From NCBI GenBank assembly GCA_022750055.1, contig JAKIWL010000004.1, forward strand, positions 36,405-100,404: a stretch of 64,000 bases of DNA, given 5' to 3'. Position 1 is the first letter of the stretch. Each line of letters starts with the position of its first letter. Positions 16,632-25,263 of the stretch are shown here, one piece after another. This DNA is from Thermoplasmata archaeon. Lineage in GTDB: Archaea > Thermoplasmatota > Thermoplasmata > Lutacidiplasmatales > UBA184. The position numbers were made by a program, and so were the translations under genes. Below the pieces are notes generated by a model that saw nothing but the letters and a program-made list of their open reading frames with translations, was not told where the DNA came from and made no database searches.

Positions 16632-17087
16632 CTATTTCGGCGCGCGCGCTTTCTCGAACAGGTAGCTTCCAGGCTCTCGGGCCCTCACCGGGTCGAGGTT
16701 AGGCAACGCCACCACGCGGTCGACGGACGCATCGACCAAGCCCCAGAACCCTCGTCCATCGAACGAGCGGGGCGCGGGTCCTCCCTCGTTCGGGTGCTCG
16801 GAGAGCCAGAGGAGGACCGATTCGATATGCTTGCAGGTTCCCAGGCCCCGGCGACCGAAGTCCGTACAGTTGCACATCGCTCCGTCCCGGAGTGGGAACG
16901 CAGGCAGGAAGACGGAGTAGCGGGTCTCCCGGCGCGGGTTTCGGACCTCGAACCGGGCGCTCAGGGTGCCGGGCCTCGGGCGCACATCGAGCGATTCCTC
17001 CAGGGCTCGGGTCCGCCGGGCCCGGGTGAGTTCCTCGGCCGATCGCACGACGCCCGCTGACCTCGCCGGCCGTCTGGGATTCCGCAC
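16632..17087 (-). CDS. SWIM-type zinc-finger protein (stand-alone)
   Basis: 151 aa. CNCTDFGRRGLGTCKHIESVLLWL matches the CxC...CxH SWIM signature. Confidence 0.7.
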   Translation of the reverse strand: MRNPRRPARSAGVVRSAEELTRARRTRALEESLDVRPRPGTLSARFEVRNPRRETRYSVFLPAFPLRDGAMCNCTDFGRRGLGTCKHIESVLLWLSEHPNEGGPAPRSFDGRGFWGLVDASVDRVVALPNLDPVRAREPGSYLFEKARAPK

Positions 17088-17188
17088 GGAGCACAGAGCG
17101 AACCGGCCTAGATAGGGACACCCCTGACGGGCGAGGACCCGGTCGATGGGGGGCGCGCGGTTATCCGCAGACCCGATTCCGTTCGGCC

Positions 17189-17428
17189 ATGGGGAGGGAT
17201 CGAACCCTCGGCGATCGGGAGCATCGTCGAATGTCGCGACAGGGCAAGATCGTCCTGGGGGTCGTGCTCACGCTGCTCGCGGGAGTCTGGATCTTGATCG
17301 CTCCCGACCTCACGGGGGCGCTCGCGAACGACCTCCCGTTCCTCGCCGCGGGCCTCCTTTCGCTGTTCCTGGGTGGGATCCTCCTTGGGGTCGGTTTCGG
17401 CGAACGCCGCTCGGGTCGGGAGGACTAG
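17189..17428 (+). CDS. Small membrane protein (2 predicted TM helices)
   Basis: 79 aa (or 65 aa from ATG 17231). Hydrophobic stretches IVLGVVLTLLAGVWILIA and LPFLAAGLLSLFLGGILLGVGF. Confidence 0.4.
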   Translation: MGRDRTLGDREHRRMSRQGKIVLGVVLTLLAGVWILIAPDLTGALANDLPFLAAGLLSLFLGGILLGVGFGERRSGRED

Positions 17429-17431
17429 ACG

Positions 17432-18109
17432 ATGGTCCGCCTCCCGTTCGACCTCGTTACCGTGGACATCGACGGCACGCTGACCCTCGAGAGCGGCTGG
17501 AAGTTCTTCGCCGAGGAGCTAGCCCGGTCGGACCGGTACGCGGACCTGAACGACGAGTACCTCGCGGGAGCGGAGAGCGAGAACGTGCACCTCCGGCGCC
17601 TTCTCACGATCGCCGAGGGGATTCCGCTCCTCCGGCTCGAGGGCCTGATGGAGGCGACGCCCAAGCTAAAGCGGATCGAAGAGACCGTCCGATCTCTCAA
17701 GGAGGCCGGAGCCCATCCCGTACTGCTCTCCCACAACCCCGGGTACGTGAGCGAGTGGTACGCCCGCCGGTTCGGATTCGAGGACTGGGACGGGACCTCG
17801 CATCGGTCCAGCCCGGAAGTGATCGACGGGGTCGTGGGCCCTCCAGGGGAGATCGTCGCCGACAAGCCTGGCGGTCTGAAGCGTCTCGTGGGGCGATACG
17901 CGACCTCGCCCGGTCGGGTCGCCCACGTCGGCGACGGCCCGCCGGACGCGACGATCTTCCAACGGGTCGGGTTCGGTGTGGCGATGAACGCGACCCTTCC
18001 CGAAGTGGCGCGGGCGGCCAACGCATCGCTCAGGACATCCGACTTTGGGGCGATCCTCGAAGCGCTACGAACGGCCCACCCTCGTCCTGTGCCGGCCATC
18101 ACCTTATAA
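17432..18109 (+). CDS. HAD-superfamily hydrolase (phosphoserine-phosphatase-like)
   Basis: 225 aa. Motif I VDIDGTLT, motif II SHNPG, motif III/IV K...GDGPPD. Confidence 0.75.
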   Translation: MVRLPFDLVTVDIDGTLTLESGWKFFAEELARSDRYADLNDEYLAGAESENVHLRRLLTIAEGIPLLRLEGLMEATPKLKRIEETVRSLKEAGAHPVLLSHNPGYVSEWYARRFGFEDWDGTSHRSSPEVIDGVVGPPGEIVADKPGGLKRLVGRYATSPGRVAHVGDGPPDATIFQRVGFGVAMNATLPEVARAANASLRTSDFGAILEALRTAHPRPVPAITL

Positions 18110-18140
18110 GATTTCTAATATTGTCGTTCTCCGGCCGACG

Positions 18141-18719
18141 ATGGAGTACATCGCCCTCAAGACCGTCCATCCGACCTGGCTCACCCTTCAGCTCCCGACC
18201 GAGGTGGCCGAGCTCCTCGGATACGACCCGTCCGAGAGTCTTACGACCCGTTCGCCCGGGCATGGACTCGCCTACCTATCGAGAGGGCTCGGCGTCGTCC
18301 GGGTCCTCTCCGCGTTCCGGGCCCGCGACGTCCTGCCGATCGAGATCGTCCGGACGCGCTACCTCGCGACCGCGCGGCCCACCCCCAAGCTCCTCCACAA
18401 CCTGCCGCTCGCGGTCATCCTGCACCTGGGCCTCCAGGTGATCCCCCGGGGGCCGAAGCAGGCGCGTTCCACCGACGACGGGTTGCTCTGGTTCGTTCCG
18501 GCCCCCGAGTACTACGAATACCGCGGGCAGGAGCGGCTTGGGAAGGGGTGGACGGGGCCGTCGACCGGGGAGATGGCCCACGTCTATCTCGCCCGATCGC
18601 TCCTCCCGCTCCCGTTCGACCTCCCGATGCTTGAAGAACTCGAGACGCGCATCGAAAGGGAGGAATGGTCCCCCCGACTTCAGGCCGTTCACGCCCTGCC
18701 GAGAGGCCGGGGCCGCTGA
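18141..18719 (+). CDS. Hypothetical protein
   Basis: 192 aa from ATG 18141, behind an AT-rich stretch at 18104..18123. No recognisable family. Confidence 0.5.
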   Translation: MEYIALKTVHPTWLTLQLPTEVAELLGYDPSESLTTRSPGHGLAYLSRGLGVVRVLSAFRARDVLPIEIVRTRYLATARPTPKLLHNLPLAVILHLGLQVIPRGPKQARSTDDGLLWFVPAPEYYEYRGQERLGKGWTGPSTGEMAHVYLARSLLPLPFDLPMLEELETRIEREEWSPRLQAVHALPRGRGR

Positions 18720-18783
18720 ACCCAGGACTACGACCGGGCCGATCGGCCCGACCGGCTCTCGCTCTAGGAAGGGACGCGCCGAA

Positions 18784-18855
18784 CCCGCGCGAACGCGGGC
18801 ACGAGCTCCCGCGCTCGGTGCCCGTGCTATCATTGGTTTCGCTGCCTTGGTTTTT
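18784..18855 (+). terminator. Two GC hairpins followed by a T5 tract (putative terminator of 18141..18719)
   Basis: CCCGCG-cgaa-CGCGGG at 18784..18799. GGGCACGAGC...GCTCGGTGCCC at 18797..18823. TTTTT at 18851..18855. Confidence 0.3.
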
Positions 18856-18862
18856 CCGAAGG

Positions 18863-18870
18863 TATATATA
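18863..18870 (+). promoter_or_regulatory. TATA box (TATATATA)
   Basis: Lies 23-30 nt upstream of ATG 18893, giving leaderless-type spacing. Confidence 0.5.
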
Positions 18871-18892
18871 GCAACTCGGGGAATTTGATGTC

Positions 18893-19573
18893 ATGACTCG
18901 CAAGCTCGGAGGCCCCATGGGCGGCACCAGCCGACCCTACACCTTGCGTAACCCGGTGCCTCTGAGGTCCCCCGAGGACATGCGAACGACCCGGTCGGGG
19001 ATCCCCGACGACCCGGTCCTCCAGGTCGCCGGCCCGGTCGACCACGACTCGCTGGCGAAGGCGATCCGACGCTCCGTCGGACACGACGGGATGCGCTCCG
19101 AGGACGCCCGCTCCATCGCCGCCCACGTCTTGAACTTCTTCGGGTTCAACGAGCGGATCATCGACAACGTGCTCGAGCCCGATGACCGCGACACGTTCTA
19201 CATGCTCGAGGACACCGGTATCCTCGAGACCGAGCGGGACGAGACGACACTCTACGACGGGCGGGAGTGGCGGATCCACTACTGGATGTTCCGAAAGGAT
19301 CGGATCTTCGACCTCGCCAAGGAGGAGACCGAAGCGCTGAGGGCCGCCGGCGAGGTGGACGTGGTCTACTCGTCCAACGCAGCGCGATCCGGCGCGTTCC
19401 GACTCCCCCATGGGGAGACCGGGACCGGCCTCGCGGCGCACGCAGTCTACCACGAGCTCGGCGATGAGATCTGGCTCGAGCGGGCCGCGGGCCCGACGGC
19501 CCCCGAGGCTCCCGTGCGCGCCTCGTCGAAGCGGCTCAGCCGCCCGGCGCGGATCAAGCCCCCCAAGGCCTAG
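18893..19573 (+). CDS. Hypothetical protein (conserved-looking core IAAHVLNFFGFNERIIDNVLEPDDRDTFYMLEDTGILETE)
   Basis: 226 aa with a strong TATA box. No family name can be assigned confidently from memory. Confidence 0.55.
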   Translation: MTRKLGGPMGGTSRPYTLRNPVPLRSPEDMRTTRSGIPDDPVLQVAGPVDHDSLAKAIRRSVGHDGMRSEDARSIAAHVLNFFGFNERIIDNVLEPDDRDTFYMLEDTGILETERDETTLYDGREWRIHYWMFRKDRIFDLAKEETEALRAAGEVDVVYSSNAARSGAFRLPHGETGTGLAAHAVYHELGDEIWLERAAGPTAPEAPVRASSKRLSRPARIKPPKA

Positions 19574-19630
19574 GCGGCCTCGGCGCGGACCACCGCCAAC
19601 GGTATTGGAATGGGCCCGTAGGCCCTCAGC

Positions 19631-20254
19631 GTGCGGCGGGTCCTGCTCATCGCCCACCGGGTCCCGGTGTCGGGGGCGTTCACCCTGAACGACCTCGCCG
19701 GCGGCGGGGGGCGGATGGACGAGATCGCTCGATGCGTCTCGACCTTCTTTTCGTTGTCGAACGCGCTCCGCCAGGACGTGGAACTGACGATCCTCTTCGT
19801 GGCGCAGCCCCCCCCGAAAGCCCGACGGATCGAGGTCGTCGGGAACCGACTACGGTACCTGAACCCGGACGAACGCTCGACGGCCGCGCTCTTGAAGAAC
19901 GCCCTGGTTCGGTCGATCCCCCTCGACCGGGACGTGGAATCCTCGCCCGGCATCCGCGTGGGTCCCGTGGACCCGGGACCGTCGATCCGCGCCTTCGCCC
20001 AGCACGCCGGCACCTTCTGGCTCTCGGAGGACGGACACCCCTATCGGGGATCGCCTCTCCTCGATGGAGGCTTTTCGGCGATCCTCTCTGACCCGACCGA
20101 CCCGACCCCCGACGAAGTGGAGGAGCTCAAGAGCCTCGGTATCCCGAAGCTCTCGCTCGGTCCCCGATCGATGCGCTCCTCTCAATGCCTCGACGTGCTC
20201 AACCACGAGTCAGACCTGCGCGAGCTCGAGCGACCCCGGGACCCGGTCCGGTAG
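19631..20254 (+). CDS. trmY: tRNA (pseudouridine54-N1)-methyltransferase TrmY (SPOUT, DUF358)
   Basis: 207 aa. FTLNDLAGGGGRMDEIARCVSTFFSLS and LNPDERSTAALLKNAL match the TrmY pattern. Confidence 0.7.
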   Translation: MRRVLLIAHRVPVSGAFTLNDLAGGGGRMDEIARCVSTFFSLSNALRQDVELTILFVAQPPPKARRIEVVGNRLRYLNPDERSTAALLKNALVRSIPLDRDVESSPGIRVGPVDPGPSIRAFAQHAGTFWLSEDGHPYRGSPLLDGGFSAILSDPTDPTPDEVEELKSLGIPKLSLGPRSMRSSQCLDVLNHESDLRELERPRDPVR

Positions 20255-20257
20255 GAT

Positions 20258-21274
20258 TCAACGGGCGAGGAGCGCTTCGGCGGGGCCGCCGAGCGCCGAT
20301 CGGATGGTGCCCGCCTTGAGGCCGCCGATGACGGCCGTCAGGTGCACGACCTCGCGGGGTTCGGAGCGGATCCGGGTCCCCAAGAGGAAGCGCTTGGGTT
20401 GACCCAGGCGAGTCCGCAGCGCTTGCACGACCCGGTCGAGCGTGCGGAGGGTGAGGTTCGAGCCGCCCTCGAGGTGGAGGAGGGCGGACGACTCGTCTTC
20501 GAGGGCGAAATCTAGCAGACCCTGCGTGAGCGCCTGGTCGACGAGCTGTTCCGGGTCGGAAATGTGGTACTCCCCGCAGAGCAACGTCGACAGGCCGGAG
20601 CTGGCGAGGTGCCCTTTCAGGCTCGCGAGGTCAACGTTCAACTGGGAGGGGTGCTCGACCATGTCGACGAGACTCTGGACCAAGGCGTGGACGTAGGCGT
20701 TACGGACCTGGAAGACCCGGTGGAGGGGAAGCGCCTCGAACCGCCGGAGCTTCTCGTTCGAGAGCGCGAGCAGGAGTCCTCCCATCGCCTCGAGCTCCTC
20801 GAGCGCGCCGTGGACGTTCTCGCGGCGGTCGGAGTTCGTATCGAGTTCGACCCGGAACGGAAGGAAGGCGACGGGGACCGCCAGGGTGGCGGTCTTGCGA
20901 AGCTCTGAGGTCAGGAACGGGAGCAGGGCGCTTCCCGTCCCCCCTCCCAGCCCCGCGAGCAGGAAGACGACCTCGTAGTGAGCGAGCCGGCGGACGATCT
21001 CCTCCCGCCCCTCTTCGGCGGCATCGAGGACGAGCGCGCGGTTTCCCCCGCTCCCCCGGCCCCGCAGGACCCGTTCTCCGATGAGGATGCGTTCTTCCAC
21101 GGGGATCTGGACGAGCTGGCGGGCGTCGGTGTTGACCGCGAGGGTTCGGACGTTCAGGTTCCCGAGCCCGACGAGGTCCTGTACCGCCTCTCCTCCGGCC
21201 CCCCCTAGCCCGACGAGGGCGAAGCCGTTCTCGCCCGAGCGCCGGGCCCACGCCTCGATCGAATCGGAATCCAC
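20258..21274 (-). CDS. ftsZ: Divergent FtsZ/tubulin-superfamily GTPase (FtsZ2-like)
   Basis: 338 aa. Motifs VGLGGAGGEAV, AVNTDARQL, GRGSGGN, AGLGGGTGSALLP and LNVDLASL sit in FtsZ order but are degenerate relative to the canonical GGGTGTG and NxDFAD motifs. Confidence 0.75.
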   Translation of the reverse strand: MDSDSIEAWARRSGENGFALVGLGGAGGEAVQDLVGLGNLNVRTLAVNTDARQLVQIPVEERILIGERVLRGRGSGGNRALVLDAAEEGREEIVRRLAHYEVVFLLAGLGGGTGSALLPFLTSELRKTATLAVPVAFLPFRVELDTNSDRRENVHGALEELEAMGGLLLALSNEKLRRFEALPLHRVFQVRNAYVHALVQSLVDMVEHPSQLNVDLASLKGHLASSGLSTLLCGEYHISDPEQLVDQALTQGLLDFALEDESSALLHLEGGSNLTLRTLDRVVQALRTRLGQPKRFLLGTRIRSEPREVVHLTAVIGGLKAGTIRSALGGPAEALLAR

Positions 21275-21294
21275 GGTCGCCCCCCCCCGACAGT

Positions 21295-21663
21295 TCAGGA
21301 GGGAGGCGAGCCCTCCGCCGCCGCCACCGACTCCCCCTCCCGACGAGCCCGGGGTGCGGTCGCCCCGGCGGGGTCGACGCGGTTGCGGATGAACTCTCGC
21401 ACGGCGGAACGGACCGCGTCGTCGACGCTCACGGAGTTGCCCTCCCGGACGAACTCCTCGAGCTGACGGTTATCCTGACGGGAGAGGTCGACGACGACCT
21501 TGCGGATGTTCGGGGGAGGCAGGTTCACCTCGACGTAGCGTTCCAGTCCTTCCCGGATCGTGTCGGAGATCGTCGCCACCCCCTTCGACTGCTGGATCGA
21601 TTTCAGTCGCTCCAGCAATTCCTGAGGGATCCGTACGGTCACCCTCTCGGAGGTGTCTGCCAT
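21295..21663 (-). CDS. Ribbon-helix-helix (CopG-like) protein with two RHH-like segments; CdrS/CdrL-like
   Basis: 122 aa. RVTVRIPQELLERLKSIQQSKGVATISDTIREGLERY and KVVVDLSRQDNRQLEEFVREGNSVSVDDAVRSAVREFI. Lies 20 nt upstream of the FtsZ-like gene on the same strand. Confidence 0.75.
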   Translation of the reverse strand: MADTSERVTVRIPQELLERLKSIQQSKGVATISDTIREGLERYVEVNLPPPNIRKVVVDLSRQDNRQLEEFVREGNSVSVDDAVRSAVREFIRNRVDPAGATAPRARREGESVAAAEGSPPS

Positions 21664-21666
21664 CCT

Positions 21667-21697
21667 CGTCTGACAATAGGTAGTACTTTGTCAGACG
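21667..21697. promoter_or_regulatory. Perfect 10-bp inverted repeat CGTCTGACAA-n11-TTGTCAGACG at the RHH-ftsZ promoter
   Basis: Read directly. It starts 4 nt upstream of the RHH start codon and lies downstream of the TTTAAA box at 21718..21723. Confidence 0.5.
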
Positions 21698-21717
21698 TGT
21701 GTATGCTGACTTGACCA

Positions 21718-21723
21718 TTTAAA
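21718..21723 (-). promoter_or_regulatory. TATA-like box (TTTAAA) for the RHH-ftsZ unit
   Basis: Sits in the only AT-rich stretch of the 21664..21806 spacer. Confidence 0.4.
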
Positions 21724-21806
21724 GATTGTTAGACCATGCTCTCGGTGGGCCTCTCGAGAGCACTGTAGCTCAGCGCGTGCCCGGGCCGTTGGAAGCGCCG
21801 CGGCGA

Positions 21807-23285
21807 CTACGGTGCAGGGTCCGGATGCGCGAGGGCGGCCTCGCCGAGTGGGACGGGCGGGGGGCCGCTCTCGGGGCCGCGAACTTCGTCGGGCGAACGA
21901 TTTGGATCGTAGCCCAAACGGCGCAGGCCGGAAAACGCTGCCATTCCGCCCGCGACCGCGACGGTTCCGGCCCCGGCCAGCAGGAAGGCCGCCTGCACCC
22001 CGCGCGCTAGGGTGACGATCCCGCCCGCGTACTGGCCGATCGGGACCATCCCGAAACTCCCGACCTCATCGGCCGCGAGCACCCGGCCGAGGACGCGGTT
22101 CGGCACGATCGCCTGCATCGTGGCGAGGAAGATCGTCGCCGACATCCCGGGGAAGATCCCGAAGAGCACCATGATCGGAATGCTCAGCCAGATCGAATGC
22201 GAGAACGCAAGTCCGAGCGTCGTGAATCCCTGGCACGCCGTCAGGACGATCAGATACCGACCGGCGCGTCGCTCGAAGCCCACCCGACCGGCGAACACGG
22301 TCCCGATCCCGGACCCCACGCTGGCGCCCGTGGTCATCGCCCCCAACAGGATCGCCTCGGTCACGCCGAGCCAATCCCGGACGTAGAGCCCGAGCTCGAC
22401 GAACGCGAGCGCCGTCAGGAAGTTGATGAGCAGACTAGCGGCGGTCACCTGGAGGAGCGCCCGATTCCGGTAGAGGAACCGGTAGCCCTCGGTGACGTCC
22501 GTGGCGAACCGGGTGGTCGGGGCCTCCCTCGGAGCCACCGGCGGTCGCATCGCCAGGACCGCGACCGCCGTCCCGACGAAGAGGGCGAGCGGGACCAGCA
22601 TGGCCCATCCCTGCCCGGCGACCATGATCAGCGCCGTCGCTCCGAGCGAGCCGGCGACGCTCGCGCTCACTGCCACGCCGTAGACGAGGCCGTTGGCCCT
22701 CCCGAGGGCCGCCGTGGGAAGGAGCTTCGGCAGGATCGAGTTGAACGCCGGACGGAACAACGTGGCCGTAGCGCTCACGAGGGCCCACAACGGGCACGCG
22801 AGTACGAGCCACAACGGGAGGTAGAACCCCGGCGGACCGGGCAGGGCGACGTGGCCCGCCGGATGCGCGAAGAGGACGGCCGCTAGGGCCGCGGTCGCGA
22901 GGACGGCCGTCGAGTTCGTGAGCGCCATGAGGGAGCGACGGTCGAAACGGTCGGCGAGGGTACCCGAGAGCAGGGCCCCGGCGAGCGTCGGCAGGGTCGC
23001 CGATAGTCCCAGGATGGCGAGGGCCAGGGCCGAATACGAAGCCCCTCCCGAAAGGTTGGCCGGGTAGGCGACGGCGGTCGCCCAGACCAGGACGACCACG
23101 ACGGTGGAAGGACCCGCAAAGGAGAGCGCTCCGCCCACCCAGAAGGGGAGGAACGACCGCTTCCGAACCAGGTCCCGGTAGCTCAACACCCGGCCTTCCC
23201 CGGTCCGGCGCAGCAGGGAGTAGCGCCATAACGGTTCCTCACACGGGCTTACCGGTGAACGGTGGGTCGGAAGACCCTCCGCCAC
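21807..23285 (-). CDS. MFS transporter
   Basis: 492 aa with about 12 hydrophobic segments. N-terminal YRDLVRKRSFLPFWVGGALSF is typical of MFS_1/ENTS-like proteins. Confidence 0.75.
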   Translation of the reverse strand: MAEGLPTHRSPVSPCEEPLWRYSLLRRTGEGRVLSYRDLVRKRSFLPFWVGGALSFAGPSTVVVVLVWATAVAYPANLSGGASYSALALAILGLSATLPTLAGALLSGTLADRFDRRSLMALTNSTAVLATAALAAVLFAHPAGHVALPGPPGFYLPLWLVLACPLWALVSATATLFRPAFNSILPKLLPTAALGRANGLVYGVAVSASVAGSLGATALIMVAGQGWAMLVPLALFVGTAVAVLAMRPPVAPREAPTTRFATDVTEGYRFLYRNRALLQVTAASLLINFLTALAFVELGLYVRDWLGVTEAILLGAMTTGASVGSGIGTVFAGRVGFERRAGRYLIVLTACQGFTTLGLAFSHSIWLSIPIMVLFGIFPGMSATIFLATMQAIVPNRVLGRVLAADEVGSFGMVPIGQYAGGIVTLARGVQAAFLLAGAGTVAVAGGMAAFSGLRRLGYDPNRSPDEVRGPESGPPPVPLGEAALAHPDPAP

Positions 23286-23337
23286 TGTGCCGCGGCCTTT
23301 TTGCCATCCCGACCCCCACGGTCATCGGGGAGGACCG

Positions 23338-24471
23338 ATGCGACTGATCCATCAGGACCCGAAGACAGGCCTTCTGAAGCTCCGCCTCGAGACACCGAGC
23401 GACCTGTGGCGGACCGCTCGCCTGGTCCGGGTGGGCGAGCGGGTCGGGGCCTCCACCACTCGGCGGGATCCCGAAGCCCCGGAGGAGACGCCCGCCGCGG
23501 AGCGGACCCGCCGCCGGGTCTGGATGGTCGTCCGCGTGGAGGAGGTCGAGTTCCACGGATTCACCCGACACGTACGGATCACGGGCACGATCGTCGAGGG
23601 GCCCTTCGACGTCGGGCGGCATCACACCCTGGACCTTGAGGTGGGCGACGAGGTCGCCCTCCAGAAGGAATCGCTCTCGCCGGCCGAGCGGGCGCTCCTC
23701 GAGGAGGGGATGGCGGGGCGGGGGGAAGCGAGCCTCCTGCTCGCCTCCGTCGATTGGGGGGAGTCCTCGATCGTCCGGATGCGGGGCCGCGCCATCGAAC
23801 CGGTCGCCGACCTCCGCCGGACGATCGCGGGAAAGCAGTACGGCGGGGGACAGGGGGACAAGGACCGGGGCGCCTACGTCCAGGAGATCGTCAAGGTCAT
23901 CCGCTCGGAGGCCCCGAGGGCCGATTCGCTCATCGTGGCCGGACCCGGGTTCCTGAAGGAGACCGTCGCGAAGGCGCTCGCCGAAGCCGAGCCGGCCCTC
24001 CGAGGAAAAGTGACGCTGTTCCCGACCAGCGAGTCGGGCCGGGCGGGGATCGACGAGCTCCTGCGATCCGGCCGAGCGAGCGAGGTGCTGCGGGGTGCCG
24101 TGGCGGCCGAGGAGGCCGACCTGGTCGAACAGCTCGTGACGGCGCTCGGGGGACGGCGCGCGGCCGTCGGCCTCCAGGAGGTCGGGCGCGCGGCGGAGGC
24201 CGGCGCGGTCGAGACGCTGCTCGTCTCGGAAACGCTGCTCACCGACCCCCTCGCGATCCGGGCCATGGAATCGGCCCGCTCCGACCGGGCTCGGCTGTTC
24301 GTGGTCCGCGACGAGGGGGAGGCGGGCAAGCGTCTCGTCGGCCTCGGGCGGATCGGGGCGCTTCTGAGATACGATTGGGAAGCCGGTCGCGAGCGCTCGG
24401 GCGCGGGGCGTGCTACGGGATCGACTGGATCGCCTCGCGCAGCTCCTCGAAGCGGCGCTTCAGGTCCTTGA
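23338..24471 (+). CDS. pelA: Pelota (Dom34) mRNA surveillance / ribosome rescue factor
   Basis: MRLIHQDPKTGLLKLRLETPSDLWRTARLV, ...VAGPGFLKE..., LLVSETLL. ATG 23338 is preceded by GGGGAGG. Confidence 0.8.
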   Translation: MRLIHQDPKTGLLKLRLETPSDLWRTARLVRVGERVGASTTRRDPEAPEETPAAERTRRRVWMVVRVEEVEFHGFTRHVRITGTIVEGPFDVGRHHTLDLEVGDEVALQKESLSPAERALLEEGMAGRGEASLLLASVDWGESSIVRMRGRAIEPVADLRRTIAGKQYGGGQGDKDRGAYVQEIVKVIRSEAPRADSLIVAGPGFLKETVAKALAEAEPALRGKVTLFPTSESGRAGIDELLRSGRASEVLRGAVAAEEADLVEQLVTALGGRRAAVGLQEVGRAAEAGAVETLLVSETLLTDPLAIRAMESARSDRARLFVVRDEGEAGKRLVGLGRIGALLRYDWEAGRERSGAGRATGSTGSPRAAPRSGASGP

Positions 24472-25258
24472 AGGCGTATCGGAGGGCTTCGCGGGTCGTC
24501 AGGCTTCCATCGGTCTCGAACCGCAGGAAGTAGCGGTCCTCGTCCGGCTCGACCTTGACCGAGCCGTGCTCGCACGATTTTTCGCAAGCGCCGCACAGGA
24601 TGCATTTGGCCTCGTCGGTGACGGTCATCTTGCCGTTCGCGTACTCGAGGATATCGACGGGGCAGGATTGAGCGGCGCGCTTCAGGCAGGCGTCGGTGCA
24701 GCCGGGCTTTTTCGAGGTCTTGATGTGCGGGTGGGGATAGACGCCGACCGCGTGGGCCACCTGCCACTTCGAATGCTCGCGCGCGGTCCCGACGACGGCC
24801 GTCGCGTAGGCGAGCAGCGCCTGACGGGCCCCCAGGCGGACGATCGGGACCTCCGGAGCGAGGATCGCGAGGGTCGGGTCGCCGAGCGGGACGAGGTCGC
24901 GCGCGTAGACCGTGCAGGGTCCCTTCTTGTCGATCGAGTACATCGCCTGGCAGTGCACGCACCCTTCTCCGTTGCAGGTGCACTCGGACTTGCGGCGGAA
25001 CTGGCCGAGGTCCATCGGGACGGGGAGCAGGCCGAGCCGCAGCGCGACGGCCTCGTCGAACATGCTCGTGGAGGAGTCGTAGTCCTTCCCGGTGACCTCA
25101 TCGCGGATCGGCCCGAGGTGGAATTCGACGTCCTCGATCGCGAGCTTCGGGACGTCGGAGAGCAGCGTGCGGCGCACCGCGTTGACCTGGGCCGCGGTGG
25201 TGCCCGTGAGCTCGAGGGAAAGGGCCCGCGGTTTGAGCTCCTGGACCAGGGCTTCCAA
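24413..25258 (-). CDS. rpoD: DNA-directed RNA polymerase subunit D (Rpo3) with ferredoxin-like Cys cluster
   Basis: 281 aa. AAQVNAVRRTLLSDVPKLAIEDVEF plus the 4Fe-4S-like CILCGACEKSCEHG. Confidence 0.85.
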   Translation of the reverse strand: MEALVQELKPRALSLELTGTTAAQVNAVRRTLLSDVPKLAIEDVEFHLGPIRDEVTGKDYDSSTSMFDEAVALRLGLLPVPMDLGQFRRKSECTCNGEGCVHCQAMYSIDKKGPCTVYARDLVPLGDPTLAILAPEVPIVRLGARQALLAYATAVVGTAREHSKWQVAHAVGVYPHPHIKTSKKPGCTDACLKRAAQSCPVDILEYANGKMTVTDEAKCILCGACEKSCEHGSVKVEPDEDRYFLRFETDGSLTTREALRYAFKDLKRRFEELREAIQSIP

Positions 25259-25263
25259 ACGGA

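Noticed and set aside
16622-16645. Direct repeat TTCGGCGCGC x2 at the Tes/SWIM convergent junction.
   Set aside because: It is short, overlaps the SWIM gene stop codon, and consists of GC-rich self-complementary GGCGCGCC-type sequence common in this genome. It is most likely incidental or part of a terminator hairpin.
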